The notes under the pieces: generated by a model
What the model was told of the DNA's origin: nothing
What the model saw: the letters and a program-made list of their open reading frames with translations, nothing else
The model's database searches: none
Source: an uncultured Pseudobdellovibrionaceae bacterium
GTDB taxonomy: Bacteria; Bdellovibrionota; Bdellovibrionia; Bdellovibrionales; JAGQZY01
Reading direction: 5' to 3'
NCBI GenBank assembly: GCA_964523195.1
Contig: CAZFYV010000001.1
Location: forward strand, 1-33,380
Length of the DNA stretch: 33,380 bases
In this document: piece after piece, positions 9,680-18,958 of the stretch
Layout: every line of letters begins with the position of its first letter
Numbering within the stretch: position 1 is the stretch's first letter
Program-made: the position numbers and the translations under genes

Positions 9680-10507
9680 ATGAACTCAAAGGTCTTATTA
9701 GACTCAAATTCGAAATCAGTGCGAAAGTTTTCCGGAGAGAGCTTTGAGAGCAAGTATTTTTCGTTGAAGAGTCCTATAAAAGAGACGGAAAATGAAGACG
9801 GGTTAGGGATTTTTGAGCTCGAAAACGGTAGAGTTGTTTTTGTGGTTACAGATGGACTAGGTGGTCACAAAGCTGGTCAGCGGGCTTCAGAAATTTCACT
9901 TCTCACATTTGAAGAGTTACTGTCCTCCCACGAAAAACAGAGAAGACAGTCCCAGGGACTTTCCCAAATTATTGTCGAGTGTTTTGAGGAAGCCAATAGG
10001 CGAGTGATTCGTGAAATTCCAGGGTCAGGAACAACCCTTGTTGTAGGACTGTTAGAAGAAAACGCCCTAAAGTCTTTTCACGCGGGGGACTCGGAACTTT
10101 TAGTATTTAACTCTGAATTAGAAGTTAAGTTTAGAACCCAAAATCATAGTCCTGTAGCGGCATTGATTCAAAGTGGCGAAATTACAGAAGAGGATGCGCT
10201 ATTCCATGAGGAAAGGCATTTGGTCGTAAATGTTATTGGCGACCCCGAGCTCGAGCCTGAGATCGGTCCATCTGTTAAACTGGATGATGGAGACTATTTG
10301 TTGCTCGCCTCTGATGGACTCTTTGATAATTACTCTTTGGGTCAGCTGTTATCAGTTTGGCAAGGAGATGACCTTGAATCTCTGGGGCAGAGTTTAAAGA
10401 ACTGCTTACTGCAAAAATATAAACTTTTTGAAGATGAAGACGAAGAGTCCGACGAGTGGGCAAAAGCTGATGATATGACTTTTCTCTTGTCTCGGTTTTC
10501 AATTTAG
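9680..10507 (+). CDS. PP2C-family protein serine/threonine phosphatase
   Basis: Motifs VVTDGLGGHKAGQRAS and LLASDGLFD. ATG 9680 is preceded by GGAG plus a 6-nt spacer. The track ORF starts at an upstream TTG (9611). Confidence 0.8.
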   Translation: MNSKVLLDSNSKSVRKFSGESFESKYFSLKSPIKETENEDGLGIFELENGRVVFVVTDGLGGHKAGQRASEISLLTFEELLSSHEKQRRQSQGLSQIIVECFEEANRRVIREIPGSGTTLVVGLLEENALKSFHAGDSELLVFNSELEVKFRTQNHSPVAALIQSGEITEEDALFHEERHLVVNVIGDPELEPEIGPSVKLDDGDYLLLASDGLFDNYSLGQLLSVWQGDDLESLGQSLKNCLLQKYKLFEDEDEESDEWAKADDMTFLLSRFSI

Positions 10508-10548
10508 TAGAAGTTAATTCCCATACATTTTAATTAAGGTGGTAGTCG

Positions 10549-11445
10549 ATGGCCAAATTACTAATCGCGTTTAGTCTCTTTTTGTTAGGGTGTCAGTCTT
10601 TAGGATTCATTGATAAAAAGTATGAGATTGATGTTCAAGGACATCGAGGAGCAAGATCAGTTAGGCCTGAGAATACAATTCCAGCTTTCAAAGAAGCTTT
10701 GGAGGCAGGTGTTGATACCATCGAGCTAGATTTGGCGGTTACAAAAGACAATGTGGTTGTTTCCAGTCACGATCTTCTGATTTCCCCAGTGATTTGTACA
10801 GGTCCTAAAGGGCAAAAGCTAACTTCAGGTGTAGCTATTAGAGCTTTAAGTCTTAAGGAACTTAAGAAGTACGATTGTGGCCGATTAAAAAATCCGCGCT
10901 TTCCTAAACAGATTCCTGTGCCAAATACTCGAATTCCAACTCTCGATGAGATTTTTAAATTTGTATCCACTTCAGGGATTGTTGGCTCAGAGAAGGTCAT
11001 GTTCAACATCGAAACCAAGATCGTACCTGCAAAGCCGGAATTAACTCCGACTCCGAAGCAGTATATCGATCTTATAATGAAAGTTGTGAAAAAATATAAA
11101 GTAGAGAGTCGGGTTGTGATTCAGTCATTCGATCATAGAACTCTAAGATACGTTAAGAAAAAATACCCCGAAATAAAAACATCCGCACTTATTGCAGGTT
11201 CCTTACCTAATTTGGTTTTATTGGCAAAAGATTTAAAAGCTGAATACATCAGCCCTTATTTTATGTTCATTAACAAAGAAGTCGTTAAAGAGCTTCAGGC
11301 TAATAATATTAAAGTAGTCCCATGGACAATTAATAAAAAAGAAGACTGGAAAATGATGCTCGATTTTGGTGTCGACGGAATTATTACTGATGATCCTAGG
11401 GCTTTGATAGATTACTTGAATGAACTCAATAAGGATAAAAAGTGA
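10549..11445 (+). CDS. glpQ: Lipoprotein glycerophosphodiester phosphodiesterase (GDPD family, GlpQ-like)
   Basis: Signal peptide with lipobox LFLLGCQ. GDPD signature QGHRGARSVRPENTIPAFKEALEAGVDTIELDLAVTKDNVVVSSHD. SD AAGGTGG lies upstream. Confidence 0.85.
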   Translation: MAKLLIAFSLFLLGCQSLGFIDKKYEIDVQGHRGARSVRPENTIPAFKEALEAGVDTIELDLAVTKDNVVVSSHDLLISPVICTGPKGQKLTSGVAIRALSLKELKKYDCGRLKNPRFPKQIPVPNTRIPTLDEIFKFVSTSGIVGSEKVMFNIETKIVPAKPELTPTPKQYIDLIMKVVKKYKVESRVVIQSFDHRTLRYVKKKYPEIKTSALIAGSLPNLVLLAKDLKAEYISPYFMFINKEVVKELQANNIKVVPWTINKKEDWKMMLDFGVDGIITDDPRALIDYLNELNKDKK

Positions 11446-12425
11446 AATTTAAAGCTTACCGCATATTTTCTCAGGATATCAAAAACCGTGGTCGCTTTGT
11501 TGAGATGTCTGTCGACGAATTGAGTCCCGGTGAGCTTTTAGTTAAAACGCACTACTCTTCGATCAATTACAAAGATGCCATTGCTGCAAAGGGAGCACGC
11601 CCAATTCTGCGAACATACCCTTTAAATGGTGGGATCGATGTGGTTGGTGAGGTAATAGAGTCAACCTCTTCTCACTGGAAGCCCGGCGAATTAGTCTTGT
11701 GTAATGGCTCTGGTTTAAGTGAAACCAGAGATGGTGGTTATTCAGAGTACATTAGAGTTTCAGAAGACATAGCAATTTCTTTGAATGGGTTATCTTCAAA
11801 AGAGTGCATGGTCTTGGGAACGGCAGGGTTTACAGCGGGACTTGCATTGGAGGCCATGCTTAGAAATGAACAGACTCCTGATAAAGGGCCGATCGTAGTA
11901 ACGGGTGCTTCAGGGGGAGTAGGATCGATTGCGACTAGGCTAATGAGTCAAATGGGTTTTGAGGTTTATGCTATCAGTTCCAAAGTAGAAGCCGTAGATT
12001 ATTTGAAGTCTTTAGGGGCGGCTAAAGTCATTCATCCAAGTGAATTAGAACTTGGGGCTCGTCCCCTAGAAAAAGCGCGATTTGGTGGAGTGATCGATAA
12101 CGTTGGTGGAGACCTCTTGGCAGGTCTTATTCGCCATATAGATTTGTTTGGAAATGTGGCCTCAATCGGATTGGCAGATTCTCCAAATTTGGTTTCAACG
12201 GTTATGCCCCATATTCTAAGAGGGGTTAATTTATTAGGGATTAGCTCAGCAAACACTCCTCAAACCAAAAGACAAAAGGTCTGGGATAAGCTTGGAAGTG
12301 ACTGGAAGATGGATCTCGGTCAATTGAAAGTTGAAGAGTGTGACTTTTCAGAGATCGAAGGGCAATTCGAGCGATTTCTTAACCGTAAGGTTACAGGTCG
12401 AGTTTTAGTCAAAATTGGTCACTAA
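11442..12425 (+). CDS. YhdH/AcuI-type MDR-family NADPH-dependent oxidoreductase
   Basis: HYSSINYKDAIAAKG and VTGASGGVGS (Rossmann fold) are typical of the YhdH/YhfP subgroup. There is a 4-nt overlap with the upstream gene. Confidence 0.8.
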   Translation: MKFKAYRIFSQDIKNRGRFVEMSVDELSPGELLVKTHYSSINYKDAIAAKGARPILRTYPLNGGIDVVGEVIESTSSHWKPGELVLCNGSGLSETRDGGYSEYIRVSEDIAISLNGLSSKECMVLGTAGFTAGLALEAMLRNEQTPDKGPIVVTGASGGVGSIATRLMSQMGFEVYAISSKVEAVDYLKSLGAAKVIHPSELELGARPLEKARFGGVIDNVGGDLLAGLIRHIDLFGNVASIGLADSPNLVSTVMPHILRGVNLLGISSANTPQTKRQKVWDKLGSDWKMDLGQLKVEECDFSEIEGQFERFLNRKVTGRVLVKIGH

Positions 12426-12500
12426 GACTAATAGTTAGACAATTTTCAATTGGGTGCTTGGACCCATCATTGCAATTAGTTTGTTTCGGCGGATGAGGGT

Positions 12501-12517
12501 GATTTGTTAAACAAATC
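12501..12517. promoter_or_regulatory. 17-bp perfect palindrome (candidate operator) upstream of the acidic lipoprotein gene
   Basis: GATTTGTT-A-AACAAATC. The arms at 12501-12508 and 12510-12517 are exact reverse complements. It ends 3 nt before the AGGAG (12521-12525) that serves TTG 12535. Confidence 0.35.
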
Positions 12518-12534
12518 GCTAGGAGAAGAGTCCC

Positions 12535-14940
12535 TTGAGACGTTTGAGACTGATTAAAATAGTAACACTCTCGGCATTTTGTGTCTTGATAGCCTTTGGC
12601 TGTGGGCGCAAAGGGCCGAAGAAAAAGCGCCCTGTGCAACCAGATGCTCAAGTGGAGCGAGATGGATCGCAATCTACGACTCCACCTGTAATCACTAGTC
12701 CAGACCCTAATGCGACAGCAACTCAATTAACTCCTCCAGCTGGAGAACCAGAAGAACAAACTCCAGAGGTGGTGGAAACTGAATGCGAAGATAAAACTAA
12801 TCCTGAATGTTTAACAGATGAGGAACTTGAAGAAAGAGAAGCTCGAGCTGCAGAAACTGCAGAAGAGCGTTTAGATGAAGAGCCTGAAGAAACTGCTGCT
12901 GTTGACCCTGAGGTCCAAAAAAGGCAGATACTTTCTGATTTTATTCAATCTGTATATAGTCGTGGAAATTTAGTGGATGAAAAGGTGCCTAGCTTGCAAT
13001 CAGATGCGGGATTTAGGGTCCTATCTCAAGCACGATTAAGAAGTATGCGTTTAAAAAATCAAAGTTTGAATTCCTACTGTTTCAGAGACCTTTGTCCTCT
13101 GATCAGTCCAATTACTCAAAGATCTCCCGCTTCGGGTAGTCATAATATTGTACTTCCTCCAGAATTAAGTGTGAGATTTACTCACAAAGATTTATGGCAG
13201 CAAATATTTATTGATAGAGACGGCGAAGATGTAGCGCGGCCCGGACGCCACTTTATAAGTTTAGGAAACAGCATAGTAGGAGTTATTGTTCAAGGCAGTG
13301 ATAAAAGAGAAGCAAAGATCATCGTCGATGAGCAATTGATCGGCTATCAAATAGCCATGGGCTACGACGGAGTAAACCATCACTTAGTTGTTGTTTCAGA
13401 TTATATAAGGGCTTTCGAGGTTTTCGAACAAGTAGAGAATAATAGTTTTCAAAGATATACTTTAACTGAGCCTAATAATTATTCGAAAGTAGGATCACTT
13501 ACCGTAAGTTACGGTAAAGTAGATGATGTCGACTTTGTTAACTCTGTTCCAATGGGGCTTTGGGATTCCGATTTACAACTCTATAAGGTTCAAGCAGAGC
13601 AAACGAGAATTGCAGCTGTAGTTGCGGAAGTGGTTGCCGAAGAAGGTGGTGCAGCACAAGATCGAGAAGTAGTATCTGAAGAAGATCGTGGGTCTGCAGC
13701 TCCTATTGTTGAAAATGATGATGCTCCGATTGAAGACAATCAAGTAACGGATCAGCCTCGAACTGAAGCGGATCCTGATTTGATCGAACAAGAAGTGCCG
13801 ACGGCAGCTGTAGATACTTCCCAAGGAGACACGGAACCTTCTGATCCATTTGGAAGGTTTTTCGTGAGTGACTTTGATATAAAGCAGATTCAATGTGTTC
13901 CAGCTATTGTTGACGAGGAGTCAGGTGAGTACTCAACGATAAAAACTGTCCTTAATTTCTTTCCTAAGGAAGGTTTTAGGTATCCCGAGTTTGATAAACT
14001 TGACGGTGCCGAAGTCGAAGATCTTCAAAATGAATTGCCTTTCGCTAAATTTCCAGATGGAACACCTATGAGTCCTGTTTTAGACAACGGTACGTTAAAG
14101 CTAGTTTCCCACGATGAAAATAGCACTTTGCTTGAAATACTTGATCAGACTGAATCAAAGCAAGGCGAATTGAAATTCGAAAAAAGAGAAGATAATCATT
14201 ATGTAGGGATTAAAAAAGAAGGAGATGAAACTTACAGTGATCTTCTTGTTTGTGTTTCCTATAACTCCTCAATAAAAGCAGGTTATATCCAGCATCCTGA
14301 AGTTCCTGGTGACCAGTCTTGGGATTTTGTAATTAGGCATCAAGTGCGATATGAGCATCTTACAACGATGGATATCTTTGCGTTATTCGTGGATTTAAGA
14401 GTCAAAACATCTGCTAATGACCCTTATTCAGTTAAAGATGGTCAAGTATATCACGATGGGAATCCTGTGGATTTAGCTAGTGGAAATGAAATATCAAAAG
14501 AGAAATGGGAAATGGAAATCGATGCCACTGGCATTCCAAAGATCATCCTTCCTGATGGAGAAGAAGAGGCACCGAATGGTGGAAAGATCCAAGTTTTAAG
14601 ACCTGTGTACTCTGAAGACGAAAACGACAATAATATAGTTTTCACTTTAGAAGTTTTATCTGATTCTGAAAATACTGGAAATTTACAAAGGATAGTAGAA
14701 GGTCTCGACTTAGATAATCGCGAAGAAGCTCTTCACTTAGCTATATCAGAAGGAACTAATCTGTGTGTGAACAAAACCTACACGCAGCTACAGGCTGGTT
14801 TAGATCGCCGCATAGGTCGACGAGAGGTGTTAGGCACTTGTTTTGGCCAGTTAAAGATTACACTGCCTAAAGATAGTCCTATCGAAATTTGGCGAGGAGA
14901 CAGGCAACTTTTTGAACCTGTAGAGATAAATCAAGAATAA
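12535..14940 (+). CDS. Large acidic lipoprotein, function unknown
   Basis: 801-aa ORF. Signal MRRLRLIKIVTLSAFCVLIAFGCG (lipobox). Two strongly acidic, Glu/Pro/Thr-rich low-complexity stretches lie at about aa 60-135 and 360-440. No catalytic motif recognised. Confidence 0.75.
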   Translation: MRRLRLIKIVTLSAFCVLIAFGCGRKGPKKKRPVQPDAQVERDGSQSTTPPVITSPDPNATATQLTPPAGEPEEQTPEVVETECEDKTNPECLTDEELEEREARAAETAEERLDEEPEETAAVDPEVQKRQILSDFIQSVYSRGNLVDEKVPSLQSDAGFRVLSQARLRSMRLKNQSLNSYCFRDLCPLISPITQRSPASGSHNIVLPPELSVRFTHKDLWQQIFIDRDGEDVARPGRHFISLGNSIVGVIVQGSDKREAKIIVDEQLIGYQIAMGYDGVNHHLVVVSDYIRAFEVFEQVENNSFQRYTLTEPNNYSKVGSLTVSYGKVDDVDFVNSVPMGLWDSDLQLYKVQAEQTRIAAVVAEVVAEEGGAAQDREVVSEEDRGSAAPIVENDDAPIEDNQVTDQPRTEADPDLIEQEVPTAAVDTSQGDTEPSDPFGRFFVSDFDIKQIQCVPAIVDEESGEYSTIKTVLNFFPKEGFRYPEFDKLDGAEVEDLQNELPFAKFPDGTPMSPVLDNGTLKLVSHDENSTLLEILDQTESKQGELKFEKREDNHYVGIKKEGDETYSDLLVCVSYNSSIKAGYIQHPEVPGDQSWDFVIRHQVRYEHLTTMDIFALFVDLRVKTSANDPYSVKDGQVYHDGNPVDLASGNEISKEKWEMEIDATGIPKIILPDGEEEAPNGGKIQVLRPVYSEDENDNNIVFTLEVLSDSENTGNLQRIVEGLDLDNREEALHLAISEGTNLCVNKTYTQLQAGLDRRIGRREVLGTCFGQLKITLPKDSPIEIWRGDRQLFEPVEINQE

Positions 14941-14969
14941 AAAAAAGAGCTCCGAGGAGCTCTTTTTTT
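14941..14969. terminator. Bidirectional rho-independent terminator between convergent genes
   Basis: AAAAAAGAGCTCCGAGGAGCTCTTTTTTT: a GC-containing inverted repeat GAGCTC..GAGCTC flanked by A6 and T7. The T-run overlaps the stop codon of the S9 peptidase gene. Confidence 0.65.
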
Positions 14970-16944
14970 ATTTTAGCTGCTTGCTAAAAAATCTCACAAT
15001 ATGTCCCAAGTATAAGACGACATTCTTACGTTTTCTAACACCGTGGCCTTCATCAGGAAACAGCATGAGTTCACTTTTTACTCCGCGTTTTTCAAGCATT
15101 TGGTGCATCTGATAAGCTTCTCCCACAGGTACTCTAGGGTCAGTGACTCCATGAATAATCAAAAGTGGATCCCTTGCACGGTCGATATAATTAATTGCAG
15201 AAAGTTTTTTTAATGCATCGAGATCCTTTTCTGGATCACCATACTCAGTGACTCGAAGATGTCTTCTGTAGGGAGCAGTGTTTTGTAAGAAGCTTAATAG
15301 GCTGCTCATTCCTACAATTGCGACTCCCGCATCATAGGCCCCAGCGTACTTAGTCATGGCCATCATTGTTGCATATCCGCCGTAACTGCCGCCCATCACT
15401 CCGATGCGTGGGGATTTGCCACTATTGCTTGCCCAATTCTTTTTGATGTAAATTGCAGCATCCTCAATATCAGAAAGAACCTCTAATCTTTTAGGGCCGT
15501 CATCTGCCATAGCCCATTTGCGACCATAGCCACTGCTCCCACGAACATTAGGGAAAACCATTACAAAGCCGTTGTTTAAAAAGTATTGTGAAGAAGCACT
15601 GAAGAAAGGTCTGGCTTGAGACTCTGGCCCGCCATGGAATTGTACGATTACTGGACAGGGATCTTTTGTTTTGTCGTTGCATTTTGTTGGACGCTTTACA
15701 AACATTGGAATTTTAGTTCCATCTCGCGTGGTGTAGTACTCAAGGCTTGGTTTAACAAAATTGGTAGTATCAATTTCAGGAGTGCTCGATTTAGTCCATT
15801 GTTCAAATTTACCATTATTCATATCGAAAACGTAGTTTACTGACGGTCGAGTTGGATAAGAAACAGTGAAAGGAAGGAAGCGACTATTCTTAGAAAAGCT
15901 GCCTGCCGTTACGTGAAGTGCAGATTTAAAGCTCGGAAACCATCTCGGTTTAAAGCTTGATGAGCTGATCATTTTGAGTGTCTTATAGCCTTTTCGGTTA
16001 AGAGAATAGGTTAAGTGTCTTTTATTTGGCGAAAGTGAAAACCTTTCGATGTCCCCATCTTCTTTCGCAATAGCTTTGAATTTCTTATTTTTATAGTGGT
16101 AAAGCGTTTGAAAATCTCGCATCTTGTCGGTCAAAACAAAGTACTCACCAGGCTTGCGACTTAACTTTACCCAGTAGGACTCTTTTTCACCTTGTCCAAG
16201 AACTGGCGTAAGCTTTTTCGTCTTGAGGTTAAACTCCGAAAATTCAGCACTCCTACTTCCTGTAAGATTGGCCATTAGGAGGATTCCTCTTTTTTCGTCG
16301 CGGTCAGCGATATACCAAGAACCAGGAGTATCGAGAAGAAGCTCCTTTTCTCCGCTTTCTATATTTTTACGGTAAAGTCGATAGTTCACCGGGTGATTGT
16401 CGTTAGCTAAGAAGTAAACCCACTTTGAATCATTAGAAACAAAACCATATCTTGGGCGAACTTTCTTTTGCATATAGATAGGATTGAGCGGTCCTCCTGA
16501 AAGGGATAAATAATAAAAGCCAGGATGCTCATTTCCTTTTTCATCTCTAGAGACGACAGCGAATTGATTGTTTGGTGATATCTCAAGTAAACGAGTCGCA
16601 TCTTCTCCACCGGTCAATTGAACGGGAAACTGATTTGGTCCATTGGATTTCCAGATTTGACGAACTCCTGTGACTCCCCAAGAAAACAAAAGGTGTTTTT
16701 TGTCTGATGTAATTAATCCTCTACCCGGAGAGCGAATATCAAGGAGGGCTTCGATTTTTCTAGTTTCATTAGCAGGTAATTTTTGAGGTAAGAATTTTGC
16801 GACGATTTCTTCAGAAATGCTATCTTCTCCGTGACCTTTGTAGCCCTGTTTACTGCCTTTTTTAACGGAGCTTGTTTGGCAGCCCAAAACAAAAACTGTG
16901 ACAAAGAAGACCGGCAAAATTTTGAAAATCGTTTTTAGTGTCAT
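14968..16944 (-). CDS. Prolyl oligopeptidase family (S9) serine peptidase, lipoprotein
   Basis: 658 aa. Lipobox VFVLGCQ. N-terminal beta-propeller-like region. Nucleophile motif GGSYGGYATMM, with downstream DPRVP and EGHG (catalytic Asp/His). SD GAGGAG lies 9 nt upstream of the ATG. Confidence 0.9.
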   Translation of the reverse strand: MTLKTIFKILPVFFVTVFVLGCQTSSVKKGSKQGYKGHGEDSISEEIVAKFLPQKLPANETRKIEALLDIRSPGRGLITSDKKHLLFSWGVTGVRQIWKSNGPNQFPVQLTGGEDATRLLEISPNNQFAVVSRDEKGNEHPGFYYLSLSGGPLNPIYMQKKVRPRYGFVSNDSKWVYFLANDNHPVNYRLYRKNIESGEKELLLDTPGSWYIADRDEKRGILLMANLTGSRSAEFSEFNLKTKKLTPVLGQGEKESYWVKLSRKPGEYFVLTDKMRDFQTLYHYKNKKFKAIAKEDGDIERFSLSPNKRHLTYSLNRKGYKTLKMISSSSFKPRWFPSFKSALHVTAGSFSKNSRFLPFTVSYPTRPSVNYVFDMNNGKFEQWTKSSTPEIDTTNFVKPSLEYYTTRDGTKIPMFVKRPTKCNDKTKDPCPVIVQFHGGPESQARPFFSASSQYFLNNGFVMVFPNVRGSSGYGRKWAMADDGPKRLEVLSDIEDAAIYIKKNWASNSGKSPRIGVMGGSYGGYATMMAMTKYAGAYDAGVAIVGMSSLLSFLQNTAPYRRHLRVTEYGDPEKDLDALKKLSAINYIDRARDPLLIIHGVTDPRVPVGEAYQMHQMLEKRGVKSELMLFPDEGHGVRKRKNVVLYLGHIVRFFSKQLK

Positions 16945-17057
16945 TGAGAATATCTCCTCGATTTATTTTTTGAAGTAAGTCTAAATTGAGCTTTTAATGC
17001 CTTATTTAAGACTTTTAGCCCGCTATTGGACCACTCACCAACAAAACACAAATTGAG

Positions 17058-17077
17058 CTCTGACACAACTCTGACAC
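17058..17077 (+). promoter_or_regulatory. Perfect 9-bp direct repeat at 11-bp phase (candidate response-regulator box) in a divergent promoter region
   Basis: CTCTGACAC (17058-17066), AA, CTCTGACAC (17069-17077). It lies 34 nt upstream of the PHP gene ATG and about 115 nt upstream of the S9 peptidase ATG. Confidence 0.3.
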
Positions 17078-17110
17078 CCTTAGTTGAAGCTATTTGCTAG
17101 CATTTAGTTA

Positions 17111-17842
17111 ATGGTTTTAGCTGACTTACACATTCATTCAACATTTAGTGATGGAAAAATGAGTATTTCAGAGATTGTCGACTTTTATGGTCAACGCGGT
17201 TTCGGAATGATAGCGATCACTGATCACCTTTGTGAGGAAAACTCTACCTTGGGAAAGGCGGCACGCTTTTTAGAAAAGACCCTTACTAGAGAAACATTTA
17301 GTGAATACATAAAAACTATTAAGTTAGAAGCGGAACGAGCTAAAGATCGATATGGTATGTTGGTGATCCCTGGATTTGAGCTCACTAAGAATTCTCTGGT
17401 TAACCATCGATCTGCACATATTCTGGCTTTGGGTGTGGAAGAATTTATATCTGCTGACGATGATGTGTTCGAAATCTGTCAGAAGATTCGAAATGCTGGC
17501 GGATTAAGTGTTGCAGCTCATCCTGTCGACACTAGAAAGTTTGAGCCCCAGACTTATCATTTATGGAGTCGTCGGCGCGAGTTATCTCAAGTTATCGATG
17601 CTTGGGAGGTGGCTAGTGGACCTCATCTATTTACAGAGGTTGTGGAAAGTGGTCTTCCAATGTTGGCTTCAAGTGATCTACATGCTCCCAAAAATATACA
17701 TGCTTGGAAAACTATTCTTCATACCGAAAAGAAGTTCGAGGCCGTTAAACAGGCTGTAAGAAAACAGAAATTATCCTTTAAGTTCTATAAAGAAGATGCG
17801 GCAGTATGTAGTACTGCTGCAATTCCACAGTTTGTGATGTGA
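17111..17842 (+). CDS. PHP (polymerase/histidinol phosphatase) domain metal-dependent phosphoesterase
   Basis: N-terminal LADLHIHSTFSDGK, later ITDH and AAHP motifs. 243 aa. No obvious SD. Confidence 0.85.
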   Translation: MVLADLHIHSTFSDGKMSISEIVDFYGQRGFGMIAITDHLCEENSTLGKAARFLEKTLTRETFSEYIKTIKLEAERAKDRYGMLVIPGFELTKNSLVNHRSAHILALGVEEFISADDDVFEICQKIRNAGGLSVAAHPVDTRKFEPQTYHLWSRRRELSQVIDAWEVASGPHLFTEVVESGLPMLASSDLHAPKNIHAWKTILHTEKKFEAVKQAVRKQKLSFKFYKEDAAVCSTAAIPQFVM

Positions 17843-17850
17843 CATTAGGT

Positions 17851-18855
17851 TTATGGAGCAGGTGTCGGTGTTGGAGCTGGTTCGTCTGGCTTTTCCGAAA
17901 GGTCAGTGAACTCAAACGAGATAGTATCTGTTCCAGCATTAAAACCAACATCTGGCTGGAGTAGTAACGGAGCTGCACCAGCAGGAAGTAGAGAGAACTC
18001 AGTTGAGTTTGCTGGCACTTCCAATTTGATATTCCTAAATGTGGTTTGTGTTCCAGAGAATTCATTATTGAAAAAGAGATCGATCTTTTCTACGAGAATT
18101 GCTTTATCTCCAGTAGTTATTCTTGGATTTCTGATTTTATACGCTGTGAATTCGTTATAGCATTTGCCATCTGGGCTTCGTACTTCGTCCGTACATGCAG
18201 CGCCAGTAACTTCTTCGCCTTCCCAGAGCATATCAAAGATGAGCTTTGCGCCTTCAAGATCGGAACCTCTCGCTAAATCCGCAGTTGTTTGCAGATCTAG
18301 TTCATAGCGAACGTAATTGGTCGAGTTCGTTGGCTCCAGTGGTAGCGCTGTCGAAATTTCCGTTGTACGAGGTTTGATAACTGGTGGTGTTCCGATACAG
18401 GTATCATGTGCGATTAGAGCTTTCGCCCAATCCTCGTTTGCATTTTCAATGGCAATTTTAAGATCGGGGCCAGAAGTCGGAGCTGGGTGACCCGGGTCAA
18501 CGGCATTCTTATCAATAAGAGCTAGTTTATCTGGATAACCGTATTCTTCTTCGTACATGGCTTTAAGCGCTTCGATAGGATCAGGGTCTGCAAAGTCACC
18601 AGGCCCTACAGCGCTTGCCTTACTGTGGCAGGCAGCACAATTGTTTTGAAAAATAGGAAAGTAGGATTCGTTAAAGACCTTAGTTAGTTCGTCAGCACAT
18701 TGAATTGAAGCTAAAGGTTTAAGATCTTCAGTAGTTTGATACCTACCGCAAGCGTTATAGCTCACCGTTATCGCTAGTGCGAGAGTTATCCATATGACTT
18801 GATTGAATTTAAAACGAGTTTTGTTAATCATCTTCCCAAATTTCCGCCCAACCAT
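17851..18855 (-). CDS. Secreted/lipid-anchored protein with a single c-type haem motif, function unknown
   Basis: 334 aa. N-terminal hydrophobic signal ending ..VSYNACG. CAACH (CxxCH) in FQNNCAACHSKAS. Pro/Thr-rich tail PAPTPTPAP. The start codon is uncertain (ATG 18855 or 18831). Confidence 0.7.
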   Translation of the reverse strand: MVGRKFGKMINKTRFKFNQVIWITLALAITVSYNACGRYQTTEDLKPLASIQCADELTKVFNESYFPIFQNNCAACHSKASAVGPGDFADPDPIEALKAMYEEEYGYPDKLALIDKNAVDPGHPAPTSGPDLKIAIENANEDWAKALIAHDTCIGTPPVIKPRTTEISTALPLEPTNSTNYVRYELDLQTTADLARGSDLEGAKLIFDMLWEGEEVTGAACTDEVRSPDGKCYNEFTAYKIRNPRITTGDKAILVEKIDLFFNNEFSGTQTTFRNIKLEVPANSTEFSLLPAGAAPLLLQPDVGFNAGTDTISFEFTDLSEKPDEPAPTPTPAP

Positions 18856-18958
18856 AAGTCTAGCAGAGTCTAATATTTCAAACTACTTACATGACTTTGG
18901 TTTCTCAGATTGAATCATCTAAAGGATGCGAAATTACCCCTAATAGCTTCCCTTAGAA

